A stretch of 64,000 nt of DNA from Epiperipatus broadwayi (taxonomy: Eukaryota > Animalia > Onychophora). Position numbers and translations under genes: made by a program. The stretch covers positions 5,890,001 to 5,954,000 of the forward strand of contig JAQFVV010000009.1 in NCBI GenBank assembly GCA_028023455.1, read 5' to 3'. Shown here in pieces: positions 13,555-26,510 of this stretch. Within the stretch, counting starts at the first letter, position 1. Each line of letters opens with the position of its first letter. The notes below the pieces were generated by a model. It worked only from the letters and a program-made list of their open reading frames with translations, searched no databases and had not been told where the DNA came from.

Positions 13555-14108
13555 CTCAGAAACATTCCTTTTTTTCAGGACAGAGTTAACTATAGTCAGA
13601 GGAGCTACTGACAAAGCCTTTGAAGCAATACTGTGAATATGATTCTCATTATAAAAATCTTTACTATTTTCATCTGATCCTTTATTTAATGTTGTAGATG
13701 TTGAACTAACAGGCTTGTACAAAGGACCTTCATTTATTGACATTGATAAACTACTGGATTTTTTTTGAAGAAGATTAGAAATTTGAGATAAATTATTAAA
13801 ATTGTCTCGATATATAGTGTTTCCAGAAGCATTTTCACTATTTACAACTGATGAACTTTCAAAATAAGATGTCGGTTGTGAATTAATTTCATTATAAAAA
13901 GCTCCAGGACTTATCATATTTTTTAAAGAAGTTGTTTTTGTTTTAATAGTATCATCAGATTTCAGAGGCTCCGAAGAGATAAGGCTTCCAGTCACAGTAT
14001 TATCTGATGTATTAAAATAATTTTTTTTGGAATCACATGAAGATATTTTTTCACTGCTTGAATCTGTTAAATCATTTTCTAACAGCTTATTTTGTGATTC
14101 ATCAGCTT
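13555..14108 (-). CDS. CEP295: CEP295-like, exon (Ser/Asn-rich low-complexity region)
   Basis: TTTTAG acceptor at 14109, GTAATT donor at 13554, open frame (includes ORF 13537..13995); phase 1 in, phase 0 out. Confidence 0.8.
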
Positions 14109-14290
14109 CTAAAATGGATAAATTGCAGCATTATTTTACAATCACTAGCAGATTAATTGAATTCTATTATTATTTTTGTCAAAATTCTATAAATCTTCAG
14201 TGAATGTTAAAATTAAAAATTGATAAAAAAACTAAATAAGAAATATATAAAGATTTTAAATATAGTTATAATTAAAATAAATATTCTTAC

Positions 14291-14937
14291 CATTCACTGA
14301 ATTCTTTTGTTGATTATTATCATTATAGTTTGATGCCAATCTCATCGAGTGATATGAAGTATTGGATGAAACAGTTGATCCTTCAAAAGAATTAGATATA
14401 CTTCTAGGAGTATCCATTTCAATAACAGTACTTAATTCATGATGAAGTAAATTTTCCAAAAACTTTTTAGAAGTTACAGGTGGTCGTGAGTGATGAATTA
14501 GGTTAAGTTCTTTTTTATTATAGTAATGTTCAATTACAGGTGTTTGTAGCAAAGTATTTTGAGAAGAGTCATTAATAATCTGCTGGTTTGGATCATCTTG
14601 AAATAAAACAGTACTTTTATCACATCCAATCATACTAGATATTTTCCCAACTTGAATTTCTGAACTTTCAGCAGTAATACTTAATTTTGGAAAGTAATTT
14701 TTTTGTGGTGATTTAGGAGAACAGGATGCCTTCATTAATTGTTTAATCTTATGTCGTTGCAAAAGTGTTTGTTGATATGCTATAACCTTTTGAAGCTCAG
14801 TTTTATCTGGTAATCTTTTTGGAATAGAAATCTGAATTGGTGGTACTTCATATTCATCCAAAAAAGAAAAGTTTGAAGTTGGTTTTGAAGTATTAAATTT
14901 GGCATTGTAAAGATCTTCAAAACATTGATTGTAATTG
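14291..14937 (-). CDS. CEP295: CEP295-like, exon (contains RPPVTSKKFLENLLHHELSTVIEMDTP)
   Basis: Poly-T AG acceptor at 14938, GTAAGA donor at 14290; phase 2 in, phase 1 out. The motif resembles recalled CEP295 PPVSRVKCGLDLNQHELSAIQEVESP. Confidence 0.8.
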
Positions 14938-15277
14938 CTAAAAAAAAAAAAAAATGTAATTATTAAAAAAGAAACAATATATAGATTTAATAAGTATTTA
15001 TTTAGCACACTTTTTTTAATAAAAATACTTCTTGATTTTATTTAAATATCTTTTGCATCTATAGGCTGTTTAACACACCAAATTTATTATTTATTATGAT
15101 TCTTAAAACTGTCCTACTAATCATAATTTTAATTAAGGTTCAAAAAATTTTGAGTAAAATCGTTTACTTATTACAAGTAGAACTTATATTGCAATGTAAA
15201 TTACATATGCACAATTAATCAAATTCTAAATGTTTACTAATTCATGTTTACCTTTTACTCTGAAATTAGAATGACCA

Positions 15278-15481
15278 TACTTATATATAATAATCAACCT
15301 AAATAAGATTGAAACAAACAACTAATTATATTTACAATTATTTAATTATCAATCCAGCTTTCATTTCTTACTGAGATTTTTTCAAGATATAAAGATGAAA
15401 GCCGAGTTGATAATTAAATGATTATAAATATAATTAGTTGTCTGTTTCAATCTTATTTAGATTGATTATTATATTAAGTAT
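15278..15481. mobile_element. MITE-like palindrome (about 205 bp)
   Basis: Arms of about 85 bp: ATAATAATCAACCTAAATAAGATTGAAACAAACAACTAATTATATTT...GCTTTCAT versus ATGAAAGC...AAATATAATTAGTTGTCTGTTTCAATCTTATTTAGATTGATTATTAT. Confidence 0.8.
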
Positions 15482-18400
15482 ATGTGTATAACAACATTGT
15501 GGACAAATAATTTTTGTACTGAAAATTCAATCATTGTATGTATTGGACCATACTTATTAACAAGTGGCTACTAATGATTAACAATTGGTTTATGAAATCA
15601 AACTTTAACATACTCCATTATTAAGTAATGTATTAATTCATATATTTATTAGCAGCCACTGACAAACGAGTAAGACCATTCTAATTCTGGAAAATAAGAA
15701 GAGTAAAGAGAGAAAAAGATAAAAAAATATATCATTAAAGAAAATCACAATTATCAGTCTATCCTCATTATTACTTTCTCAATAAGAAAAGCTTTTGCAT
15801 AAGAAAGAAAACAATCAAACAAAAAAAAAAAATCAAAGAGTGGAGTAAGAGACAAACATTCAATTTCATTGTTACAATTCATGGAGAGAAATGACAGATG
15901 GCTTGAAAGACTCATACTAATCTAAATGATTGAAGATAGTATGATAAAAAAAAAAAAAATTAAAGAAAAAGATAGAAAATATTGTTTGTGTCAAAAACAA
16001 TATAAAGTTTATAACAAAGCACATTCATTTATATATAATAAAATGGTGTATTGCAGCTCAAAGGCATTTCCACAATTCTCTATAAAAAAACTTGCACTGA
16101 AATTGTAACTAAAAAAAAAAAAAAGCTAGATTTTGTAAATTAATATTGTAATCAAAAAACAATAATTTTTATCAACAATTAAAAAAAAAAAAAAAATGTA
16201 ATAAAAATTCAAATTCAGTGAGTCAAAAAAAAAAAAGGATCCACATTCAAATCATAAGTAAACATTTCATACTTCTCTAATTTTAATGACTAAATCACAG
16301 TGGGGCTTTAATTGTTTTTAACTTTCAGTTTATAACTACTTATTCTTTGTAATCCTTCCTGTTGTTTTCTTTATAAATATTATTTTCATCAATGAAATTG
16401 ATAAAAAAAAACAAAATGAGATCACATCTGATTCAAATTTTAAAATATCCTTTCATTAACAAACTTAAATAAACAAAAGTCCCAGAACTCCTGATTAAAG
16501 CAAGCAATATGTAAACTTAAATTTTATCTTTTTTTTACTGTAATATAATAATGTACTATTTTAAAAAAAATTCCATAGTACATCATTATATTAGGTAACT
16601 ACTGTTTCATATTCTAACTAAAACTAGCTAGACATTCATTTATTAACTAATATTTACACTATTTAGATTAGTCAGGGTCCATCAATCTTGGGAAAAAATC
16701 TTAAACTTATCTTGGAATCTGGAAAAAAGTCCTAAGTTCTCCTACATTCAAACTCAATTCATGGAATGATAGGCAAATGTTATACTTAATCATTTACATA
16801 TATTATTTACATTTTCAAATCAACACATGAATATTATGAAATATGTTTATAATTCTATTATTCACATGTATGAGATTGCCTTTAATAAATTCATAACTTA
16901 ACATACAGAAATTTGATCTACACCTATAGGTAGACAAAAAAAAAAAACATAACTAAAATAAGCTATTTATAATTTCTGATTTCACTTGTGTATTTTTATC
17001 ATGGTTTTCTCCTCTTGTTCATTAATAACTATCAATTGCTCTTCTCCCAAGAATACATGTATGTTGTGGAATAATATTCCTATACGAGAATAAAGAAGTG
17101 AAATTTTCTATTTATGCAAAAACATATTAAATTCAAAAGTTTGGAGAAATAATTAAAATCAATGTCAGACTGTAATAAGAGAATCATCTACTCTTTTTTT
17201 TTTTTTTACTATTTCTTTCCATTTTCATTCAATCTTTATTTATTTCAATCACTTTTGGCTGTTATCTATTCTAAATGCTTTTCTCAGCTTTTATACTATA
17301 ATCACTGATAATAGCTGTCATTATCATGGACTGTACAATGTTTTTCTAATTTTTCTCACTAATGCTTTTCTAGATTTATTTCTGCAGGCTTTTGCTTGTA
17401 AGTTTTTCTCTAAGAGTCTATAAAAATGAAAACATGTTACTTTAGTATATACAATTTAATTTCATTATTAGAGTTATTGTTTTTCCAGTAAAAAGAAAAA
17501 TCTATTAACAATAAAAAAAATCATGAACAAAAAGTCTAAAACTGAGATTATCATAATTTTTGTATTAATAGCCTTTAATGTTACCATTTTATTTTACATT
17601 TTTACATTCCCCTCATTTGCATTATTTCTTCTGAATGGAACAATTTCTATATGATTCATTATATATATATAATATTCAAATTAGTATATATATATATATC
17701 AAAATACAGTAAAATTCACATAAATTATAATTATTTTTAGAAGTATTTTCGACTATACACCTTGTATTTACTATATATATATATAGACCCACACACATAT
17801 GTATTTATAATTAACTTCTGGCATTGGAATATATGTAATTAATTGGATTCATAGATCTAAAGCATTCTCTTTTTATAGCAATTACAAATAAGATGTAATT
17901 TATCTCTATTCTGTGTGATATATATTCAATGTCATATAAGTAGTTTGAATACTCATATGTATATGTGATTAACTGTGAATTTATTTATAAGTAAATATTT
18001 GCAATATAAAAATCAGATTGTTGTTCAGGTGCTTTTAACAAAATAAGTTGATATCCTGAAATACATGTATAATAATAAATGAATGCTGGGCAACAGCAAA
18101 AATATAAAATGCAATAAAGATCTGTGAATAATATTATATAGAGAGAGAAAGAGAATTTGGCTAAATTTATTTATTGGACTAGGTTAATGAGAAATATCTT
18201 GTTTATAAGAAAGCAGCATTTGAGGTGATATCTTGGGTTAGAATGATACTTCATCATACATATTCTTTTCCTCATAATCTTAACAATAGCAATTTAAGAA
18301 TGACTAATTCTGGTATAAATTTATTTTTATAAAAATTTTCAGTTCTGAGATTTGAAGTCATGAGTTTTGCTATACCATTACAACATGAAGTAAAATTACA

Positions 18401-18956
18401 AATGCAACCTAAATCAGAAAAAAAAAAAAAAATCAAACACTCTGTTATTTGGGAGTTAATATGATATTTAAACACTAAAAGTACAAGACTAAAGCTTTGA
18501 TCCAGTAGTTTGAGTCCATAACTTTATTAATGCAATAAAGTATGTAGAGCAAAAGACAAATATTTATTACTACTAATAAATTCTATTTAAAAAATTAAGA
18601 CAAACATTATATGGGTACAATATTATCAGAAGCGCATTTAATCTGGAATAATGTTCAGAAGTAAACATAAAAATATTTTTCTAAAAACTACATTCAGATG
18701 TCAAAAATTTTGAGGCTATGGTTTTTTTAAAAAATATACTTATAATATTGGATCCAAAGAATGAGATATTTTTTCATGATATTCCAAGTTTTCATATCTA
18801 TAGATTATGCCAATTTACAGCAATCTTTCAATATTAATTGTGGTTGTAAAAAAATAAGTTAGCATTATACCATCATAATATTTCCTAAGATTATGATGAT
18901 AAGTAGAAAACTAATGTTACTAAGCTTATAATAACTACATATAAAAGTGATAATAT

Positions 18957-19195
18957 TATTCTACACAAATAAAGTGTGATAAACAGAGCAGCCAAAATTC
19001 AAGAAAACATTAATTATAAACAACAATTTGCTAAGCGCTTTCGGTACTGTATACTAGAATCATGGCGACATATTGGAACTGAACGATTAATATTCCAGTG
19101 CATGCTCAGTGTTCCGCTTGGCAAATTGTTGTTTATAATTAATGTTTTCTTGAATTTTGACTGCTCTGTTTATCACACGTTATTCGTGTAGAATA
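18957..19195. mobile_element. MITE with long TIRs and probable TA TSD (Tc1/mariner-type ends)
   Basis: TA|TTCTACAC...GTGTAGAA|TA, with near-perfect inverted arms of about 80 bp (GTGTGATAAACAGAGCAGCCAAAATTCAAGAAAACATTAATTATAAACAACAATTTGC) around a GC-richer core. Confidence 0.85.
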
Positions 19196-19649
19196 TTTTT
19201 CATTATCTGACAGAGTTTTTATATTATTTATTTAACTGATAATATATGGATTTCCATTTATCTGATTTTCCAAATTCAAGATACCTGCTTTAAGATAGTA
19301 CTGTTAAATAAATTCTCTTTAAAATTTTTTAGTAACATCATTATTATATATATATATAACAATTACACAACTCTTTTAACTAAAAAAGTTTTTTCAGTTT
19401 TTACAGAAGCTTCCACTAATTATTTTTATAAAAAAAAAAAAGCACTTCAAATAATCAAGGCAGATCAAAGTTAATATTAGGTATTATTCAAGCATTTAAT
19501 ACAATAGAGATGAAATTCACAGTTACACAAATGATCAAAAACAGCAAAAAAAAAAAATGAAATAAGATTTAAAAATTAGAAGAATAAAAAAATAATAAAA
19601 TAAAAAAAATCAATAATATATAATTTAATGTTTGTTATTGATTGTCCTA

Positions 19650-20200
19650 TTATATTTTATTGTATCACAGAAGATGATTATGGATTATCAATGCTTTGGC
19701 TGCTTCTCATAAATATTTTAAAATTGGAGAATTAATACAGATATATGCAGATACACATAAATGAAGGCAATGTTAATATCCAGAATTCATAAAACATCCG
19801 CATTAAGATAGGAAATGAATTAATAAAACAAGATGACCAGTTTGAATATCTAACTTAAATAAATAAAGTATAAACTATGAAAAGAAAATATGCAGAAAAA
19901 TAGCAACAGCAAAGCACATTTTCTAGGAATAATAGTCATTTTTGGTATCAAAATCACTGGATTTAATCTCTGCAAAAGATTTTTGAAGTCTAACATTAAA
20001 GCAATTGTTCTCTATAATGGAAAGATTTATACTCTTTTAACTAATAATATTATTAAGAGATTGGAGGCTTAATGATGAGATTGCTTTTTGTTTCCCAAAT
20101 TAAGATTAGAGGGTTGAATTGGATTGACAATACATTAAGACACTTTAATTTACTCAATGAGATAATAGAAGGGAAAATATCGAGGAAGTAACTAAGAAGA
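19650..20200 (+). mobile_element. Decayed RTE-like LINE fragment (RT C-terminal region)
   Basis: Broken frames give IKIGNELIKQDDQFEYL and KRFLKSNIKAIVLYNGKIYTLLTNNIIKRLEA, resembling the RTE post-RT region. Confidence 0.5.
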
Positions 20201-20410
20201 CCTCATTTCAATTTCATAGACCAACTATGCAGAGATACTCATATTCAAAGCTGTGATAAATTAAAACAAAAAAACAGTAATGAAAAATCATAGATCATAA
20301 GGTAAGACCTCATTTCAATTTCATAGACCAACTATGCAGAGATACTCATATTCAAAGCTGTGTTAAATTAAAACAAAAAAACAGTAATGAAAAATCATAG
20401 ATCATAAGGT
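20197..20410 (+). repeat. Near-perfect tandem duplication, 2 x 107 bp
   Basis: AAGACCTCATTTCAATTTCATAGACC...GATCATAAGGT starts at 20197 and 20304; one substitution seen. Confidence 0.95.
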
Positions 20411-21116
20411 AGTCTTATTAAAAATTTTGGCCAGTCTCTGGACTTTCAAATTTTTAATAATAAAGTGCATACACACAATCCACTTGAATAATAACAATTT
20501 TAAAACACTAAATCAGAAGCTTAAAATTCCTTCTATTAGAGACCTAGAGGTAAAAATAAGTTCAAACATATAAGTAAAAATATAATTAATTGTAAATTTA
20601 TATTCAAATGCAAGTAGTTCTTACAATAAATGCTACTAATTAAAAGTTAATTTACTGAAAATGATCTGAAGAATGCTTCTTAGTCAGAAACTTATTAACT
20701 GAATAATAAGATTTCTAATAAAACATCTCATGATTTTTTTCTGCTTACAGTTAACATGTAATTGTAGACATCGTATTTATTTTACTATCATCTATTCTAA
20801 GTATGAGAAATCAATGGGCATTAATTTGTTGGTTTGCTAGAAATGGAGGTACATGTAATCCAAAACTTTTCAACGATGAAGAATATTTGTCAGAAAACTA
20901 TCTGAAGATATAAATTACAGCACTATAATTTAGTGTTCATTGATTATTCAAACTTTCAGTAGATGGCTCTAGAATAAAGTGTGATTACTGTTACATAAAA
21001 CAAGATTTCACTACAATTGCTGATTAAAATATTTTTTTGTTATTTACATATGAAATGTTTTGTATAACAGTAAAAGACAACTTAATTTTAAAGCTCAACA
21101 TTTTGATTTTCTTTAC

Positions 21117-21591
21117 CCAAATGATGGTGACTGATCTGTTGTTTCCTGAAAATCGCTTTTATTTTCATTTTCTTTCACATGTTGCTTTGAGAAAATATCT
21201 TCCTCCAGATTTAGTTTTTTCTTAGGAGTAGACTTCATTAAAGGTTGTTTTATTTTTAAAGAATCTTGTTTTGATTCAACTACTGGTGTCACTACAATAT
21301 TAGAATGTCCATTTTCCTCAACTAAGGCTTTTATTTCTGGGGAAAAAAATTTTGAGCATGAACTGAAATGAGATAAATTTTCAGGAAGTTTTAAATATTT
21401 GGTTGATTCTGTATTTAAACTTATCTTATTTGCTGCTGAGATTGGAGACCCATCAGATAATCCTGACTCTATGTTACCTGTAGCTGCTACTACAGAAGCA
21501 CTCTCTAATTCAGAAACATCTACATTTGTTTTAGTCATCCATTCTTCACGTTGTTGATAAATCCTTTCCAGAAGATTGTTTAAAACCAGGA
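21117..21591 (-). CDS. CEP295: CEP295-like, exon (VLVLNNLLERIYQQREEW...SPSFG)
   Basis: TTACAG acceptor at 21592, GTAAAG donor at 21116; phase 1 in, phase 2 out, joining exon 14937 in frame. LNNLLERIYQQREEW resembles recalled CEP295 LFKKLLNKIRSQKSLW. Confidence 0.78.
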
Positions 21592-22346
21592 CTGTAATAT
21601 CAAAAAAAGAGTATACATTATTATTCAATAATCTGATATTGTCATGATTTTAAAAAAATAACTAATGTTCTAATTACATTAAAAATTATTATGTAGCAGT
21701 AATAATTAACTATTATTCTAGTCAGTAGTACTATAACAGAATTAGCTGTATAAATCAAGCAGTAATTTTGAATTAAATTTAATTTGCTTATCAAGACAAA
21801 ATATCTCATTGAGTATATTTTGCTTTAGTATTAATATTTTTTGAAAAATTTATTAAATTTTCTGATTATATATATATATTCTTTTGAATTATTTTGAAAA
21901 CTGAAATGAAACTAATATGTATATAATCATGAGAATGATAAAATTTCTCCAAGCTGTTTATATCAATACACAGCCATCCATTATCAGATTTCACCTTGCA
22001 AATGTAAAATGAATCAATTTAGATTTGTTTCTGTAGTTTTTATAAGAATAGTGAATCTGTCAAGTGATATTAAAATGAGTAGAAGCAATTAAGCCTAAAA
22101 AAGTAAAATTATTTACTTTATTGAATGAGATTTTATTACTAGAAATTTAACTATTATTGTAAGAATTTTAAAAAGCAAATATAAAAGACTCATTTTATGT
22201 TTACAAAGTGAAATCTAATAATCAATTTTATTTCTTTATTTTTTCTCTTTAAATAAACATTGAATATATTTGAAGTTCTATTTTCTTTCTTTTATTTGAT
22301 AGTTTTTGTATTATTCAGTGAAGTTCTGAAGCTCTGTTTTGAAAAT

Positions 22347-22545
22347 TGTGATGTCTTATGATCCACGATAATTTGCTATCATGACGTCATTCAAGAAATG
22401 ACTGCGGGAGTAGATTATCATTGTCTGCGATATTAATGGTTTGACTGTAGTTAGTAAACAAATATTAATAAATAGCACTAAGTCACTTCTTAGAATCCTA
22501 ACAAGTTTTTGGCTGGTTTTTATTTCTAGACACTGAAACACTACA
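22347..22545 (+). repeat. 5' LTR (199 bp)
   Basis: TGTGATGTC...ACACTACA; 14 substitutions and 1 indel versus the 3' LTR by manual count. Confidence 0.95.
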
Positions 22546-22552
22546 TCAGTTT

Positions 22553-22567
22553 TGGCAATGAGGATGG
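22553..22567 (+). promoter_or_regulatory. Primer binding site, tRNA-Ser(GCT)-like
   Basis: TGGCAATGAGGATGG versus TGGCGACGAGGATGG (complement of the tRNA-Ser-GCT 3' end); both differences are CpG transitions. Confidence 0.75.
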
Positions 22568-22718
22568 CATACGCGAGATACTGAATATTTTCGCATAGAT
22601 GTGGTGTACTATTCAATAGTATGTGTTCTTTACAAATATTATTATTAATCATACAGTAGGACGCCATACATATATATATATTTTTTTTGCTCCAACTTTG
22701 TTTTCTATTTGATTTATA

Positions 22719-25700
22719 ATGTCAGCTATTGGTTCTTTAGCACCTTTCGATGTTGACTTACTGCAAATGTGAGATACATACGCATCACAGGTAAATTTCT
22801 TTTGTGAAGTTAACAATATCATTCCTGATGAAAAGAAACGTGCAACACTTCTCGCTGTTTGCTAACTAAGAGCATTAAGCATTCTTCATTCTCTAATATA
22901 ACCTGCATTGCCTCAGGACAAGTCATATCAAAAATTAGTAAATATTTTAAAACAGTATTTTAATCCACAACCTTCTATTATTTACCAATGTTTCCAATTT
23001 CACTGTCGTTGGCAACGAGAAGGAGAAAATGTAAATGCATTTTTAGCCAACCTTCAACATTTGGCAGAGAGGTGCAATTTTGATCTTTCACTAACAGAGC
23101 GTCTTTGAGATTAATTTGTCTGCAGGCTTTGTGATGAAACTATATAGCGCAAACTATTAACAGAAGAAACTTTAACTTAGAGATAGTTGTATGGCGTAGC
23201 CATGTTGACCGTCGATCTTATTCAGCGAAACAGATCAACCTTACCTTGCAAAAATGTTTCTAGATTTTTGCCGACTCTCAAACATCCCCTGCACATAAAA
23301 GGAACACTGGTGTGTCTCAATCGGGATCCACCTTGCTATGGTTGTGGCGGTCAACACAATCGAGTGGAATGCCCCTTCAAAAAAACCAAGTACCATTTCT
23401 GCCAGAAAATAGATCCTTTACAGCTTGTATGCTTAGCAAAACAATGCACTATTCCTGGATCTTTAAATCAATGCATGGCAGTAATGGAGACAGACGATGA
23501 CGTTGTAGATTATATCCATGAGATACGCCATGATGCCTCAACACCTAAATCCTCTGCACACGTATACATTAATGGCAAGGAATGTAAAATGGAAATTGAC
23601 TCGGGATCAGAATATTCTATTCTATCATTTGACACACTGTCTGAATTGTGCAATGAAAAAATACCTGAACTACATCCAGTAACAATTACATTAAGGGATT
23701 TCCAGCACCACTCAATATCATTCAAGGGACATGGTGTCGTACATGTTCAATATGGTATTCATTCATGCCATCTACGTTTATTGATAACAGAGAGTGCTTG
23801 TACAAGCCTGTTAGAATGCGAATGGTTCACACCTCTAGGTATTTCACTAACTGGAGTTCATGTAATTACCGAACCATCTATTAAAGATATCATTAACCAA
23901 TTTCCTCAAGTTTTCAGCACATCTATAGGAACTTACAAGGGTCCAGCTGTATCATTGCCAGTTGATCCTAAATTTCCCCACAATCAGACTGCAAGCCCAG
24001 CCACTACCACTTGCTATAAAACATAAGGTGGATATTGCTTTAGATATTCTGCTCCGTGATGGGGTCATTGAACCAGTGGTGTGGACAACATCAGTGGTAT
24101 CAATTCTTAAACCAACAGGAGAGGTGAGATTATGTGGTAACTACAAGGTAACAGTTAACAGAGCTCTTCAGAATCACCCATACTCTATACCTGTGGTACA
24201 TCAGCTTCTGACTTCTCTTCCTCATAGCTCCATCTTTGCAAAAATTGACTTAGTTAAAGCCTATCTACAACTTCCATTTGATGACATGTCTGCAAACATA
24301 CAGCCATTCATCACTCATCGAGGAGCCTTCCGTGTTAAATGTTTACAGTTCGGAATCTGTGTTGCACCCAAAATGTTTCAATGCATTATAGACAATTTAC
24401 TCAGAAAATTTTCTGGAGTTTTTCTATATTTCGATGACATATTAATTTGTGCATCTTCAACAATTGATCTATGTTCAAAATTATATACTTTGTTAAAAGG
24501 TTAGCACACAGCGGATTGCAAGCTAATAAAGAAAAATGCGTATTCAGAGTAGATTCTGTGGAATTTCTGGGATATACAATTGACAGTAAAGGTCTGCATC
24601 TGTCTCCAAGTTAAGCAACTGCAATTCAAAATGCTTACTCTCCAAAAAACAAAATAGAACTGAAAGCATTCTTAGGTCTTATAAATTTTTATAACAATTT
24701 CCTTCCAGATCGTGCAACAGTAGCTGAACCTTTACATCATTTATTACAAACAAATGCCACATGGACTTAGGTCACCACAACATGAAAGGGCTTTTCTTAA
24801 ATTTAAAGAGACATTGATGTCCAATAATGTACTGGTTCCATTTGACCCTCACCAAAGCATTCTGCTTACACGTGATGCTTCAGCTGATGGAGTGGGTGCA
24901 GTACTAAGTATACAATATCCTGACGGATCATCCACTCCAGTTGCTTTTGCTTCATGTACATTGTCTAAGGCCAAATGAAACTATGCACAAAATGATCAAG
25001 AAGCTTTGACAATAGTGTATTCGGTGTCAAACGTTTTCACCATTTCCTATTCGGAATAAAATTTAACATTTGTACTGATCATTGTCTGCTGCTCAGCATT
25101 TTTACCCCGGATAAACAACACCAATAATTTTATTGCCCTGAATGCAAACTGGAATATAAACCAGAAAAAAAAGTTGCAAATGCAGATGCGTTGAGCAGAA
25201 TTCCACTTCCATCAACCAAATGCGACAATCCAAACATGAATGACATCCTTTTCTTGGAGGAATTGGAAGATCCTCCTGTAACTGCTGAACAAGTTGCACA
25301 TGCAACACGAAAAGACTTTTTGCTATCAAGAGTAAAGAACTATATTTTCATTGCCTGTCCAAGAAGACCCACAGACACCAAACATTAACCTTTTTTTATA
25401 AGACATAATGAGCTACCAACACACAAAAATGGTCTGCTCGGGGGTCATGTGTAATTATTCCTTTTTCTCTACAGTGAATCAGCCTTAATGAACTTCCTTT
25501 GGGTCACTCTGGTATCGTGAGAACCAAAGCATAAGCAAGATCATATGTATGGCGGCCATCAATGGATAGGGATATTGAGAATCTAGTGGGCAAGTACAAA
25601 AATTTGTCAAGTTATAAGACATGCTTGCCCCCGTGCTCCAATTCACCCTTGGGAACCGCCATCCACACCATGGTCATGACTGCACATAGATTTCGCCAGC

Positions 25701-26510
25701 CCAATCGAATGGGCAAATGCTTTTGGTTGTTGTAGATGCCTATTAAAAGTGGATGAAAGTGTACAGAATGCCTACAACAACCTCGGTTGCAACAGTCACA
25801 GTACTACGAGAATTATTTTCTACCAATGGAATACCAGAGTGTATAGTTTCAGACAATAGACCACAGATTGTATCTTCAGAGTTTTCTACTTTTCTAGCCA
25901 ATAACAAAATTCGCCACGCATGGATCGCACCCTACTATCCATCAAGTAAATGGGGTTGCTGAGAGGGCTGTACAGTCTGTGAAAGAGAGCCTAAAGCGTA
26001 GTAGTCATGCAAATTGGGAGCAATGTATTGCCCAATAACTTTTGGCTCAGCACATTACTCCATCTACAACTACAGGTTTAAGTCCAGCCGAGATGCTCTT
26101 TAATCGATGCCTTTGTACATGCCTAGACTTCCTTCATCTGGATAGAGCCCCAAAGTCAGCACCATCCAAATATCATCGGCTACATGAATTCCAACCAGAT
26201 GACACAGTATTTACACGAGCAGCGAGAAGGAGTTCTTTATGGATCCCTACCATGGTAGAACAGCATACAGGCCCTCTGTTATATAAAGTCTGAACTGATC
26301 TGGGATTACAACATAAGCACATTGATCAATTGCACTCGAGAACACCACTTGCCCAAAATTCTCCACTCAGCGTGATGTGAAAAACACAAACAACTCGAGC
26401 TCAACACCTTTGCATCCTACATCTCCAACTCAAACTCCAAAGGCTTACAGAGAACACCCCCCCACCCGCACATCAATGCCATCCACCAGTGCATTTCAAG
26501 GATTATGATG
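22719..26510 (+). pseudogene. gag-pol pseudogene with many stops and frameshifts
   Basis: Gag (FHCRWQREGENVNAFLANL), zinc knuckle CYGCGGQHNRVEC, protease MEIDSGS, RT YFDDILI, RNase H DASADGVGAVLS, integrase IVSDNRPQIVSSEF. Confidence 0.92.

Noticed and set aside
16960-17420. Lys/Arg-rich minus-strand stretches after TTTTTATAG (LLEKNLQAKACRNKSRK...) as extra host exons
   Set aside because: In-frame stop without a convincing donor; exons 21117 and 14937 already join in phase; more likely a LINE remnant.
22820-22850. CTGATGA-AAA-GAAA in gag as a hammerhead core
   Set aside because: No stem II and no flanking helices; explained by the coding sequence PDEKKR.
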